From: Octopus sinensis | Lineage: Eukaryota | Direction of reading: 5' to 3' | NCBI RefSeq assembly: GCF_006345805.1 | Contig: NC_043004.1 | Coordinates: forward strand, 61,628,001 to 61,692,000 | DNA: 64,000 bases | Shown: positions 41,030 to 54,870 of the stretch, one piece after another | Layout of the letters: every line of letters begins with the position of its first letter | Position numbering within the stretch: the first letter of the stretch is position 1 | Program-made: the position numbers and the translations under genes | The notes under the pieces: model-generated | What the model saw: only the letters and a program-made list of their open reading frames with translations | Databases searched by the model: none | Told to the model about the DNA's origin: nothing

Positions 41030-42660
41030 ACGGCAGGAAAGCTAATTTGTTCCTGTATCATTTTCCAATGGCATCTTTTATTTGTAATTAAGCAATATAT
41101 GGCTGTTAATTATATATACCTAATGCATCTTCTATAATTCAAATTCTTTCTGTTTTTAGGCGCCACATTCGAGTTACCACTATTTCCAGATGTTTGTATT
41201 TTGAAAGTTTCTCCGTTTCTTTTAGAGAAACGCTGTAATCTGTGGACATTGATACATCGAGTAAAAAGCATTTTTTCTGGGTGATCTCTGACAACTATAT
41301 CCGTCCAATGACACTTGATTTCTCTATCTGTGTGTATTGTCATATCCAAGAGTATGGTTGCATTCTCATTTTTCTGTGATCTTTTCTGGCATGTGTCTAT
41401 ACCATATATTTCCTGTTGTTATTCCATAGTGTTAGCGTATATAGGTCCCGATTCTATCATTTCTGTGAATATATCACTTCTCTGGGCAGTCAGAGATAAT
41501 GCGACATATTGTTTCTTCTCCATCACTACATATCATGCAGTAATTTTATTGATTTTCATAATGTTTATGGTGATTTCTGGTGGGAACGCTACAATTAAAC
41601 AACCTTCAGTCTCTACTTTGAATCCTGAGACTTCTCAACATCTTTAAGATTTTGCTTTGTCTATTTCTTTTCCGTTTATCTTAACCCAGTATTTGCCATA
41701 TACGGGTTTTTATTGCCATCGTTTCATCATGATCCGTTGCTGTTATTGCTTAGTTTGCATTTCAGTTGATTTACAGCTTTTGTTACTTCAAGTTTTTCTT
41801 GTTAGATAATATGACCTTTTTTTTTATTTGTCTTCTTCTTAAAAACTGAGAACATTTTTGTTTTGTTTTATTCGTGTTTTGTGGTTATTTGTGCCAGTTT
41901 ACCTGGCTTCATATGTATGTATTTCTGCAATATTATTGTAGTTATGTTTAATAGTTTCCTAGCTGTATAACGCCTCTACCACCTTTGTATAACATTTCTA
42001 TATCTGAATTTGGGTGGTGCATCCTAAATCCTGTCATTATTTTGCTTGCTTTCTTGTTTATTTAGATTCCAGTTAAACAGTTTTAGCTGTAAATTACAAC
42101 TGGGACGGCTAGAGTGTTGAAACTTATCTGTAATTCGCATTGAGCTCTGTTTTTAGCACTTATGTAACTCACCTATAGTATTCCTTCCTTAATTTGCCTT
42201 TTATTTGTGAATGTTGCATCGTATGTAGTTAATTGCTTTCTAAGTATTTGCATGTCTGGCTTTGGCCCAATTCTCTTATTTCCCTTGCTTTATCCAATGT
42301 GATGTTGTTACTCTTAACTAGTTTTCCTCTTCTCAAGGTTCCGTTGCCGCATTTTCTAAGCCGAATTTCATGTTTATCTATTTAGTAAATCCATGTATTG
42401 TATGTCGTAAAGTTTCCAGCTGTTTATCATTTGTAGCATACACTTTTAAATCATCCATATACAAGATATGGTTGATTCTTTTGCCATAACAGTTGTAACC
42501 ACATCCAGCTGTGTTTAGCATCTTAGATAAAGGTGTCAGTGCCAAGCAGAAAATGAGTTGAGAAAGCATGTCACCCTAGAATATTCCTCTTCAAATGGAG
42601 ATGGCTTTGTTTTTTTATGAATCATTCTGTCGTCTGTATCTGCAGCAGACTTTACCATTT
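41030..42660 (-). pseudogene. R4/Dong-type LINE, RT to RLE, decayed
   Basis: RRGIF*GDMLSQLIFCLALTPLSKMLN...INHILYMDDLKVYA, NMKFGLE, TLRRGKLVKS, NTLAVPVV, DMTIHTDREIK..TDIVVRDH. Confidence 0.9.
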
Positions 42661-42813
42661 ATTCACGGAAAGTTTTATATATTTTATGATTATTGCTGCT
42701 ACTTTGTTTATCGCTAGGGTTTCTAGGATCCGTAAGTAGAGAACGCTATCAAAATCCTTTCGATAATCGATCTAAGCCATACTTAGACCCTTCTTCTTTC
42801 TTTGGCTACCTTC

Positions 42814-43320
<507 letters not shown>

Positions 43321-43359
43321 AGCATCGCCGTTGTAGTTGTCGTCGTTAATGTTGTTGTC

Positions 43360-44190
43360 ATTTTATTTATCTTTATCATATTGCCATGCGGTTTGTTGTG
43401 AATTCTCTTTAAATCGCTAAATTCCTGTCTCATCTCCGTCGCCAAGTTCTGATACTTCTTAATTTTTTGAATTTTTTAAAAAATCTACTCAATCCTCACA
43501 TGATATTACAAAACCTATGTATTTATTGCATTAGCAATAACCCAGGTATTCATAAAGGAAATATATACCACATTTCTTTTTCTTCTGGCACAGAACGGTG
43601 TTTTATCCTTGATATCCGAGTTCGAGTTTAATAGCTTATTCCAGAATTTGGATTATTTTCGATTCTCTTAAATGCACAGTATCTTATATCTTTGTTTTTG
43701 GTATTCCATAGTACTGACAATGCCGTAGTAAATATCAACACTGCCACGCTACTGCGTGTGAGCTCTTCTTCAGCTAAATTTGAACTACATAGAGGCAATG
43801 TAATTTATTTCCATCAAAATATCATGCTGTTATTCATATCTGATTCTTTGCTTGGTCGATATCTCAGTTATGAATCTATAATTTTCAGTCATTATTTCCA
43901 CGCATCCTGTCATTTTGATGCTTCAATTCTGTTCAAATGTTGAAGCTCTTGGCAAGAATTGGCTTTTATTGCCATTGTTTTTCAATGCAATTTTATGTAC
44001 CAAGATTTTAGTTATTTTAGTCGTTTCGCAACAGCTTTTGTCATAATGAGGTCTCCTTCCAGTTTCTATTTTCTAACTTTTTTCTTCGAGGTAGAAATAT
44101 ATTCTTCCTGTTATTCTTGCTTAGCGGCTTTGTGTACCAATTTTCCACGATTGTATACTTGTAAATTTTGGTTCTCTCAAGTGTGTGTAT
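43360..44190 (-). pseudogene. Second R4/Dong-type LINE 3' fragment, decayed
   Basis: Minus strand pieces SNLAEEELTR (cf. LAqkEY.rRH), RIKHR (cf. iKHnRPD) and KIKKYQNLATEMRQ (cf. KieKYqdLa.Ei.r); 3' end runs into (AAT)n. Confidence 0.65.
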
Positions 44191-45544
44191 AAGAGTTGTT
44201 TCGTTGTTTTGTTTCTATTGCGATACAGACAGATTCTTACCGATCTATAGAGGACCGATTGATATACATATAAGAGAACATTGCCTTATATAACATGTGT
44301 AGTTCGGAAAATGTCTTAGCAAACTTAAATAATTTTCGAAACTAAATAATTGAACTGTGATGACTGAATAAAATGAATATTTTAAAATAAAATTAGACCT
44401 ATGTTCTAGAAGTTAATTAAAATAGATTACTTGTTTTAAAAGTAATTACTACATTTCACACCTGATGTGAGTGAGCGCTCACAACATTGAAGTTGGTAGG
44501 AAAATGTAAGACGATTAAAGTTTAATTAAGTCTGTTGGGGAGATAAAATATACACGAGTTCGAAAATGTATGTTAGTTTTATTAGTGTTTATAGTTCCTT
44601 TCTGATATATATTACATAATATATTGTTTACTGTTGTATAGAATTTAAATCGTGTATTTCCTTTGAAGATTTCAAATTAAGCGGAGCAGTAAATTTTAAA
44701 ATGTATTAGCAATTAATTTTTAGGAACCATAACGAAGAAATACATTTATCTAGTCAGGTATCGTTTTCTAGCTAGTATTAAATGCATGAGGTTCCAAATA
44801 GCTTTCGCTTTGTTTAGTATCATACTAGAATATACAGCTGTTGATTTAATGAAACATTTTCACTTTATATAATTTATAATATCGATGAGGAATTTAATGT
44901 CTCTTGTGAAAAATTTTATATTACAATTTCACTTTTGGACTTGACAATAATTTATATAATAGAAATCATACAGGCCACATATATGCCCATCGTATTACGT
45001 TAATTAAACAATATTTCCCAAGAAATATGTTCCCTCACCAAGCTGTTAAAATGTCAGTTCTTTGTCTGTTATGCGTTTATACATTGCAAATTATGTGTTA
45101 CTTTTGTTAAGAAGTGTGAGATATTTGACAACATTTGCACCTCATTAATAAGAGTAATTCCTGTAACAAAACATTTCTATTAACATTTTATAAATTGAGA
45201 AATAAATAATTAAGCAATGCATTTTTATATTTCTACTACTGCTATACATTATAAAAAATATATTGTGATAGTTAAAAGTTTAGGAGTTGAACGAAAATAG
45301 ACAATACTAACAGAGAAATGATTCTAAATGTCTAGAGTGTGAAACTTTCGTGGAAGAATCTAGTGGAAAAAATTGTGCTCAACGTTTCATTCACTCGTTA
45401 TTTCATCGGCCTCGGGAAACAGAATGTTCGGTTGATCTCAGAAAGGTTTAATATTAGAACCAAATGAACTGAAAATAATTACGCTACAGATTTGTATCGA
45501 AGCTCTACCCAGCTCTACTCAGCGACTTTATAAGCAAAATAATG

Positions 45545-45640
45545 ATTTGTCATCAAGGCACATACGTAGCAATTTTGAGGGAAATGAAAGTTGTCGATTC
45601 CCCTGATGACTAACTTGGTTAGCAAGATAAAGTTGACAGG
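45545..45640 (-). mobile_element. Degenerate SINE family A tail
   Basis: caaggcacatacgtagcaattttgaggg...gtcgattcccc...gataaagttgac resembles the reverse complement of the family A 3' half. Confidence 0.4.
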
Positions 45641-45996
45641 ATGCCTAAACAGATCATACTGAGAGGAAAGAGAATGCTGCAAGTCATTCCGCTTAAGAAT
45701 CTAATGTTTCACTTGCCTTGCAGGCTAACAATTCTGAAGTCTAGGAGATTTATTAATTACTGAATAAGAAATGTGGAAAGAATCGGAGTAGCTGATACTC
45801 AGGAGGTTTTCTGAACACAAAAATTAAGAGCTGAAAAAAATATATGAAATACTTCTTACGGCCGCTCTAATTATACAATAGAATATTTAAGCCAACTTGA
45901 AAAGTACACACAGTGAACATCTCATGCAATCGATAATAATATGTCTCTCTTTCTCTATCTCTTTCCCCCTATATATATATATATATATAGTATATA

Positions 45997-46041
<45 letters not shown>

Positions 46042-47727
46042 CATATATATTTATATATATATTACATATTTATATATATTATATATTTATATATATATTA
46101 TACATATATATTATATATTTATATATATATTATATATATATGTATGTGTGTGTGCGTGTGTGTGTGTGTACCTGAAAATCTGTATTGTGATGTGTATCCT
46201 TTTACGACGCCACTGAAATTAAAAAGGCAAAGAGAGCATATTAATACCCTTATATTTATTCACATTCATTTCATTATAACTGAAATTTCTGTGAGAATAG
46301 GAAAGGGGTCTCGATGTATTTTTACCTGCTCAACAAATCTATTAATCTATTAATCTCACAAACACAATCTGTCAATCTTCTAAAATTTTCTCATGATGTA
46401 TTCTCTTTCATATTCACTAAACCTCGCTTAATCTCTAAAGTAAATTAAGGTACTAGATGAATGAAGAAATTGGTGGCAGATGATCTTTTACAGAGAGATA
46501 TAGGGAAATAGAAGTATACGGGAAAATAAGGAAATAATGCAATATTTCTGCGCTTGTGATTCTTGTTTGCAAAAAACAACTACAAACAAAAACAGGACCC
46601 AGATATAGATTAAGGATTCAGCACCCGTAATATTTCATACAATATTCGTAAGAGATTAAGGGGTGTTATAGGTTTATATAATATGTATGTGATAAACAAT
46701 ACATTCGGTTTCAATGTATGAATATCCAGCAGTTTGAGCAACACCATAACCTGCGGATTAGCATTAAGTATCGAACTTACACTCATACACATAACCACAC
46801 GCACACGCACTTACACACACACACACGTGTATCTAATTATATGTATATACATATGAGTGAGAAAAATATGAGATTAACAAGACTTCAAAATACCTACGAT
46901 CATTTCAACCTGCAATGCACCGGTACCAGACAGGTGAGATGCAGCACAAACGGTTGTCATGGATACTGTAAATTACCGGCGCATGATAAGTCGAAACGAT
47001 CGTAGTAGTTCTGCATTAAGAAGTCCGGCACTGCAATTTGCTTTATGACATTTCTCATTCATGATATATATATCCATACAGCTGTTTACATCTGGTACCC
47101 GGACACTGAGCTGGACTTGAAACAGCTTACTACCAAATGTATATACGATTATCAAATCATTACTTCATATATATTTACATATGCATAACAAAAACATAAA
47201 TGTAGAAAATTACATCTTTAATAGGTAATTACACCGTACATTATTAACGATCGTTTCCACTGTGCCAGCATATTTAGATACAGATAAATGTATAAAATAT
47301 CAATCATATATTATTTGAAATGAAAAAATATAATCTGACATCAGAGAAATTTAAAATGGGTTGAATTCTAAAGGAATTTTTTAAAATATCACTACAAGAT
47401 AAATGGATAGAAAAAAGAACGTTCAAATATATATATTTTAAGAAAAGGAATATGTTTTTTCACTTTCGATATGTAGAAAGAAAATAAATTACACAACCCA
47501 ACAGATAGAAAAGACTGTATAGTATTGTGTGAGTATTAATTATTTGTTCACTTTAAAGCATGTTAACTTACAGCCCAATATCTCATAGTATTTGAGTTCA
47601 AATAACGCTCATGTCAAATTTTACTTCTTAACCTTCCGAGTTCAAAAATTTACTTTTGCAGTAGTACACTTTTGAGAGTATGTAATAGAAAATGTCCTTT
47701 CTACAAACACACACACACTTACAAACA

Positions 47728-47814
<87 letters not shown>

Positions 47815-48383
47815 TGTGTGTGTGTAAGCCACACGCAAGCAGCGTTTGTATATTATATTACATTTACGTACTTTTAGCCCGTTTTCATTATATACTCATC
47901 GTTAGTATATTACTCACGCATACAGCACTGAGAGTATAGTCCATCGTGGATAATCTATACATTGCATGCAGTTTTGTGCTTTTGCGTAATCTGAAACAAA
48001 ATTCTTTATTTCCATTTTATTTGCAACATCAGAAAACGACGATCCAATGCATTCAAATACTTTCCGTTTTATTTCTTTGTTCACTGATTCTTGAAATATC
48101 GGTAGATGATTTACGTTTGCGTTTCAAGACATCTCTTTACTGATGGATACATTTGTGTTTCAACTATATTTAAATATGTTTACTTGCTTATTTTCGTGTT
48201 CGTGACACATTTACTCCGGCACGATATCTAAAACAGCATGTAAAATGCTATTTTATCGAATATGACACAAGAAGACACACACCACTCTCGCTCGGTCTCT
48301 CTTTTTCTATTTTTCACACACATGGGTACACGCACACATAAACACATATATAATAATTCATACATACATAGATACAAACATAC

Positions 48384-48431
<48 letters not shown>

Positions 48432-48492
48432 ATTTATATATACGTATGCATGTATATATATATATGTATATATATGTATGTATATATACATA

Positions 48493-48571
<79 letters not shown>

Positions 48572-48629
48572 CTAGAAAGTGAGCAACGGTTTTGAAACTT
48601 GAAATTCTTCACAATAAACTTCACAATAT

Positions 48630-49070
48630 ATTACAACATGTTTATATATGCTGGTAACATAAATTCCCGGGGTTCGGGAGCTGCTGAACTCTTTGAACGC
48701 ACTTCCAAAATAGGTTGGATATTTGAATTCCTTCTCTCTCATGAAACCATGAAGGTGCTTGAAAAGGTGGTAGTTGGTAGGAGAAAGGTTTGGAGACTAA
48801 GCTGGGTGGTGAAGAAATTAGTAGCCAAGTTCCCACAATTTCCAGTTGATCTCCTATGGTTTTAGGATGGCATACAAATGACTGCAGACAATTTTCTGGC
48901 TAACTTGAAGTTCTGCTCACTCCGCTCACTACCTTCAACGCTCAAGTCCCCACTGCGAAATCGTTTAAATCATTTCCGATCTGACCACTCACTGCTCATC
49001 TCCTCACCAGAGGTTTCTTTCATATTGTAAGCAGTTCCAGCTGCTTTACTTCCTTTTTTGAAGATTACGC
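48630..49070 (-). pseudogene. Internally deleted mariner transposase relic
   Basis: FKKGSKAAGTAYNMKETSGEEMSSEWSDRK*FKRFRSGDLSVEGSERS (HTH) joined almost directly to HHPA*SPNLSPTNYHLFKHLHGFMREKEFK...AFKEFSSSRTP (YSPDL region). Confidence 0.85.
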
Positions 49071-49076
49071 AAAGGG

Positions 49077-49610
49077 AAAACTACCTTTAACAGGTAAATT
49101 TTGCGCGCTAGAAGAAACAGTCAAAATGACCAAAAGCACATTTAACAACAATTTTCGAAGAGAATGAAAAATAAAAAAAAAAAACCTTGTTATATTTTTA
49201 CGGTTATATCTAGGTTTCCGATTTTTTTTAGCAAATGAAATAACTTGGTAGGCGAATCTTCATCAGTAACCGTGCCTTAACAATTAACATATTTTAGAGA
49301 CAAATAACACGTGTCTCATCATTATATGTTATACTTTTTCAAAATTCACAGCGCAAGCGCAGTTTCAGTCGGCAGTAATATGAGGAATGCCGAACCGATG
49401 TTGGAAATGCTGAAATCACATTCATAAAATTTTATAGGGTGGCGAATATTTATAGAAATTTCACCACCAGTCGCCTAGTATTTATAAAAAGTCGAAAGAA
49501 AACATATTCTCAATATAATATAGTTTACATTTAAAACAAGAGAAAAGTACCTTTAATAGGTATATTTTACACACTAGAAGAAGCAGTCAAAACGACCAAA
49601 ACCACATTTA
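49077..49610. repeat. 68-bp direct repeat pair (49077-49144 / 49543-49610), period 466
   Basis: Direct alignment, 9 mismatches in 68 nt, three of them in gcgcgc vs acacac (CpG-type). Confidence 0.85.
49200..49273 (-). ncRNA. Type I hammerhead ribozyme motif, slightly decayed
   Basis: ACGGUUA CUGAUGA A GAUU-loop-AAUC G GAAA CCUAGA UA UAACCGU: perfect 7-bp stem I and intact core; A.G at the base of stem II and C.A in stem III. Confidence 0.75.
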
Positions 49611-50099
49611 TATATATATAACGTTGAAATTTACAGAAACAAAAAACGAAGGAAGGTCTTTAAACAATAAACAGGTGTAATAGTTTGACGCTATTAAAGG
49701 TAGTTTTCTCTTATGAGAAAGCCTTTTACCTTGCGAGCCTAGCTCTTCAACAGAATATAGGTATATATTTATATACGCATATATAACTAAATATATGTAT
49801 ATACCTAGATGGGAGGTGAACTAATTGGGTGCTTGATTGTTTTTGTGCGTAAAAAATAAATCTGTTCACCTTAATTTCGAAGCAATGGAGATGAAATTTG
49901 AGTCTTAAATATGCGTAGACGATAAGTAAAGTATACCTGGAAAGAATTGTTCTCTGTCCCCTTCTGTCTCACTTTCCTTTCCAGCGTGTGTTGTGAGAGT
50001 ATGTGTTTCTGTCTCTGAATGTTTATGTGTGTGTATGTTTGTTTGTATGTGCTTGCGTTCTGGTTGCTTTTTGAGATTTTATAATCTTTCTCACCTATT

Positions 50100-50790
50100 T
50101 CTCGGGTGCACAGAATGGGTCACAATGCGACACAGATGTGTTGTACTACATATTGAAGACCTTCACTGATGAGCAGCCTTTTCCTTTCATTGATGAGGAA
50201 AATCTTAACTACTGATGCCTTTGTAACCTATTGCACATCAGAATGAGGTGGATGTAATTGTAGTTAAATCATTGGGTATGTTGCATTTTATCCCAAGGCT
50301 TCTTCTAAATAAAAGGTACTGTATATATAACAATCGTTCTTAAATGGGAGTATGTACAAATGCTTTGTTCAGAACACCCACTCGGCTATTGCTCTTTTGA
50401 TTCGTAGGGCCTCTTGATAAGACAGTGAGAGAGATGCGATCATCAATTTCAACTATTCATAAAACAAAATGGTTTCGTCTCATTATTTCACTGATCTGAT
50501 CCAATATTTTCACCTTGATATAAGGCAGTCTTGAGTTCTTTGAAAGGGATTTAGCAGTTGTAACAGTTTAAGATGAGATTCAATGTGTATACTGTATAGC
50601 TAAAATCTACGAAAGACCGCAACATGACTAGTGAAACTCAGTATATGTAACGAAGTATCTTATTTGAAACGAGACACCTAACGGGATGCACCCTATAATG
50701 AAGGATTCAATAAAAATGGCTGTACTGTATACCACTCGTAAGTGACATATGGTGGATATGTCGAAACGATCAGTGTGTTGAAAAAATATT
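50100..50790 (+). pseudogene. Decayed PLE 3' fragment (Cys-rich linker + GIY-YIG), possibly Neptune-like, ending in an HHR relic
   Basis: Frameshifted RHRCVVLHIE, ENL.TTDAFVTYCTSE*GGCN, MVSSHYF and ETPNGM resemble RC..C..I / lTC.s.NvIYcI.C.gC / pVa.HF / tl.PnGlN; then a 7-bp hairpin GACAUAU/AUAUGUC + GAAA at 50744-50766. Confidence 0.5.
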
Positions 50791-50823
50791 CTTCTATAAA
50801 CAATTTGCAGTTTCTCTCATTCA

Positions 50824-50941
<118 letters not shown>

Positions 50942-50998
50942 CATTATTGGTGAATTGAAGAAATGGAGCTGAACGCAGATTGAACAGAAATCGTTTTA

Positions 50999-51088
50999 TT
51001 TCATTCTACACGTGTTTCGAAAGGCACAAATTACCAAAATCCGATTGAATAATGGGACCATATTGTGTCTTTCTCTTCAGGAAGAAAA
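50999..51088 (-). ncRNA. Canonical type I hammerhead ribozyme (left arm)
   Basis: Mirror of 51258-51347; predicted cleavage between 51007 and 51006 on the minus strand. Confidence 0.87.
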
Positions 51089-51257
51089 AAGGAAATCCGT
51101 TGGAAAAACAAAAACAGAACAGAGGCAGAGCAAAAAACAAATCGAACTGTGCTCCTAAGAGCCCATGGCGAGTTTCGCCATGGGCTCTTAGGAGCACAGT
51201 TCGATTTGTTTTTTGCTCTGCCTCTGTTCTGTTTTTGTTTTTCCAACGGATTTCCTT

Positions 51258-51347
51258 TTTTCTTCCTGAAGAGAAAGACACAATATGGTCCCATTATTCA
51301 ATCGGATTTTGGTAATTTGTGCCTTTCGAAACACGTGTAGAATGAAA
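51258..51347 (+). ncRNA. Canonical type I hammerhead ribozyme (right arm)
   Basis: Stem I UUUUCUUC/GAAUGAAA (one mismatch); CUGAAGA 51266-51272; stem II GAAAG-A-CACAA / UUGUG-C-CUUUC with G10.1-C11.1; GAAA 51328-51331; palindromic stem III ACACGUGU; GUA cleavage after 51339. Confidence 0.87.
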
Positions 51348-51555
51348 TAAAACGATTTCTGTTCAATCTGCGTTCAGCTCCATTTCTTCAATTCACCAAT
51401 AATGTTTTAATTTCAATTATCCGCACCAACGCACGGTTGCAACGCCAGATGGTTGTACCTCCAACCGTGCTGTTCACTGCTGTGATTTTTGCTACTAAGG
51501 TATCGGTTAAACTTTTGATTAATCTACTACAAGATTATTCATCTTTCTATTTCAC

Positions 51556-51593
<38 letters not shown>

Positions 51594-52080
51594 GGGAAGA
51601 AGAGAGCAGATTCTGTATACATTCACCATTCTTCCCCCTACAACTTGTATCAACACTACACCTACATATTGCCGGAGGCAGTATATTCAGCGTTTCTGAA
51701 AATACAGATTCCTAATGGTTCAAAATAGCACACGATATCTCAATATCTCTAATTTCACAATTTACATCAACAATGCCTATAAATCGCCAATCACCAACAG
51801 TATTTTATTCAATCTGTCGTTCTCTTATTGTTGAAAATATACTTAACAACAGAATTCAGGCACGAAAGAAAAACAAACTGACTTTGTTACAAATACGTAC
51901 ATACATACATACATCTTTGTATATATATATATGTGCTCGTGTAAAGAGGCAGAGGGGTTGAGAGATAGGCAGATAGGTGTTTGTGCATATATATGTGTAT
52001 GTGTCTATGTCTATATAGATATCTAAGCTTAAGCAAGTTGTATACATATGCGTGCACATTCACGCACACGGAGGCATATG

Positions 52081-52142
<62 letters not shown>

Positions 52143-52672
52143 CATACATATATATATATACATTCATGCATGACTGTACCCTTGTTCTCGACTAAATTCT
52201 AAGAAGCTAGCAAGTCAATTTAACATTCGCTTTAACACTGACGCGATAAGATATGCCCGTGGACATTTTCACTGTAATTTACTGTAGAATAGCTATTAGC
52301 TATGATGCTTAAGGTTCCAAGCTTTCTTCTATGCTAAACAAGTGAAATTACAAAGGAGAATTTCGCAATTTATCAAGTGTATTCTTTGAAATGAGATACC
52401 AATATAAACTTGAGATAACTGTTAAAGTGTAAAAGTGAAATCCTCTCTCTCAATTTTTATTCTTCAAATACTAACGAGATGGTTCATCTGTTTGAAATTA
52501 AATGTTGTTGCAAATAGTCTGAATAAGGACGATAGCATTGACACTCTAGGAACACGATAAAATAACTTTTACAATGCATTATCGTATTTCTATATTTATG
52601 CATGCATACATACATATAATTTTCAGAAATGTATGTATGATGAATACAACATACTCAGAATTTGAACACTCT

Positions 52673-52899
52673 CTTTACTCTTTTTTTACTCTTTTACTTG
52701 TTTCAGTAGTTTGACTGCGGCCATGCTGGATCACCGCCTTTAGTCGAGCATATCGACCCCGGGACTTATTCTTTGTAAGCCCAGTACTTATTCTACTTTT
52801 TGCCAAACCGCTAAGTGACGGGGATGTAAACACAACAGCATCGGTTGTCAAGCAATGCTAGGGGGACAAACACAGACACACAAACACATACACACACAT

Positions 52900-52943
<44 letters not shown>

Positions 52944-53104
52944 GACAGGCTTCTTTCAGTTTCCGTCTACCAAATCCACTAACAAGGCATTGGTCGGCCC
53001 GAGGCTATAGCAGAAGACACTTGCCCAAGATGACGCGCAGTGAGACTGAACACGGAAACGTGGCTGGTTAGCAAGCTACTTACCACACAGCCACTCCTGC
53101 GCCT
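52673..53104 (-). mobile_element. tRNA-derived SINE family B, full length
   Basis: Reverse complement of aggcgcaggagtggctgtgtggtaagtagcttgc...gttcagtc...ggtagacggaaactgaaagaagc-[microsatellite]-...gactaaaggcggtg...tgaaacaagtaaaagagta. Confidence 0.9.
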
Positions 53105-53674
53105 AGGTAGTTTAAATGTGAATTAAAGTATACTATGAAGCGGTTTTAGCTAAACTACTTTTGAAATTTGGCTTGCTCTGTGTAAATTTAATTACAGTTG
53201 AAACATCAACAACAGAATCTATAATGAAAATAAGATGTTGAGACAGCTGCGTTACTTATGACTGTTCGTATATATTGATTTAGTCCTTGAAGAAATAATG
53301 ATTCTAATTTAGAATGATACATTGAGTTATTATTTAAGCAGCTGTGAATATTTCTAAAAGGTACCACCGATTATCGGACGATTATCTTGAAAGAATGAGG
53401 TTTACGAGGCCTTGGCCAGTGTAGTACTTGGTAAGGGTAGTGTGGGATAGCTTTAGTTGTAAACATTTTGAACATTGTACCGTAGATAAATTTTAACTTA
53501 AGAAACATTAGTCGCTACAAAAGTAATGACGAAGCAACAAATTTGCCACAATTTAACCGTTCTATAAATGCAACTAAATGTATAAGATATAATATACTCT
53601 TTCAAAATTGAATAAATAGATAAATAAATTTGTGGATATTTACACAATGGGGCTAATATATAAAACTTCCTCAC

Positions 53675-53823
53675 GAGTGGCTGTGTGGAAAGTAGCTTAG
53701 GTTCAGTCCTACTGCGTAGCACCTTGGGCAAGTGTCTTCTACTATAGCCTCGGGCCGACCAAAGCCTTGTGAGTGGATTTGGTAGACGAAAACTGAAAGA
53801 AGCCCGTCGTATATATGTATATG

Positions 53824-53854
<31 letters not shown>

Positions 53855-54067
53855 TTGTGTGTGTCTGTGTTTGTCCCCCCAACATCGCTTGACAACCGAT
53901 GGTGGTGTGTTTACGTCCCCGTAACTTAGCGGTTCGGCAAAAAGAAATCGATAGATTAAGTACCTGGCTCACAAAGAATAAGTCCTGGGGTCGATTTGTT
54001 CGACTAAAGGCGGTGCTTCAGCATGGCCACAGTCACATGACTGAAACAAGTAAAAGAGTAAAGAGTA
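53675..54067 (+). mobile_element. tRNA-derived SINE family B
   Basis: Same consensus; small deletion in the tRNA head; internal (TA)(TG) tract; aaagagta tail. Confidence 0.9.
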
Positions 54068-54317
54068 ATTAAGCTTGACCTTGAATTCCTTCTACGAAAA
54101 TCATTGTGAATAAGTGAAATAATTGGCATTTTTCAGTGTGATTAGCTCTATGCTAAGGATAGAATTGACGCAAGTCGCTGTTTTCTGCACGTGCGTCTAT
54201 GAGATGCAAGCTTACATATGGAGTTTTAACTTGACTACATTATGTAATTAGATTTCTATCAATTCATTGTTTCGTGTGTTAGTATGTATACATATAGTAT
54301 CAATCTATCTATTCATT

Positions 54318-54355
<38 letters not shown>

Positions 54356-54489
54356 AAATATTCTATAATTATATACATAATTATAATATGGGGGCCGTTA
54401 AGTGTCGCGCCACTTACTGAATTCAAAATAGACGCTAATGTATTTTCTAATACCATAAATCTCCAGGACAATAATACATTTTTGACTAA

Positions 54490-54533
<44 letters not shown>

Positions 54534-54564
54534 TATATACATATACATACATATATATATATAC

Positions 54565-54607
<43 letters not shown>

Positions 54608-54666
54608 TGTATACGTATATATATACATATATATAAATACATATATATATACATATATATACATAC

Positions 54667-54697
<31 letters not shown>

Positions 54698-54777
54698 CAT
54701 TATATCCATATATATATATATTTATATATATATATGTATCAAATGAAATAAATGAAAAACGAGACGCAAAGGATGTT

Positions 54778-54870
54778 GCGGTACATATGTTTCGGGCTTT
54801 ATAGAAAAGCTTATTCTTACATCAATGCATAATCGATATAACAGCTAGATCAAAAGCCTTCTTCAGCCGC
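54778..54870 (-). ncRNA. Type I hammerhead ribozyme motif (left arm)
   Basis: GCGG CUGAAGA A GGCUUU-long loop-AAAGCC C GAAA CAUAUG UA CCGC; palindromic stem III; GUA triplet; A.C at the base of stem II. Confidence 0.8.

Noticed and set aside
46985-47295. GAAA-CGAUCG-UH motifs at ~46993 (+) and ~47250 (-)
   Set aside because: No CUGANGA core at the right place.
49723-49756. Minus-strand CUGUUGA-A-GAGC/GCUC-GCAA HHR-like variant
   Set aside because: Both core halves deviate (U at position 6, GCAA for GAAA); not supportable from this copy.
50114-50215. Apparent terminal exon NGSQCDTDVLYYILKTFTDEQPFPFIDEENLNY* with a downstream AATAAA
   Set aside because: Other frames of the same bases match the PLE Cys-linker/GIY-YIG region, so a transposon relic is more parsimonious.
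51006-51340. Four 87-91 aa ORFs in mirror pairs
   Set aside because: A by-product of the palindrome; no recognisable domain; the sequence is better explained as HHR-bearing RNA.
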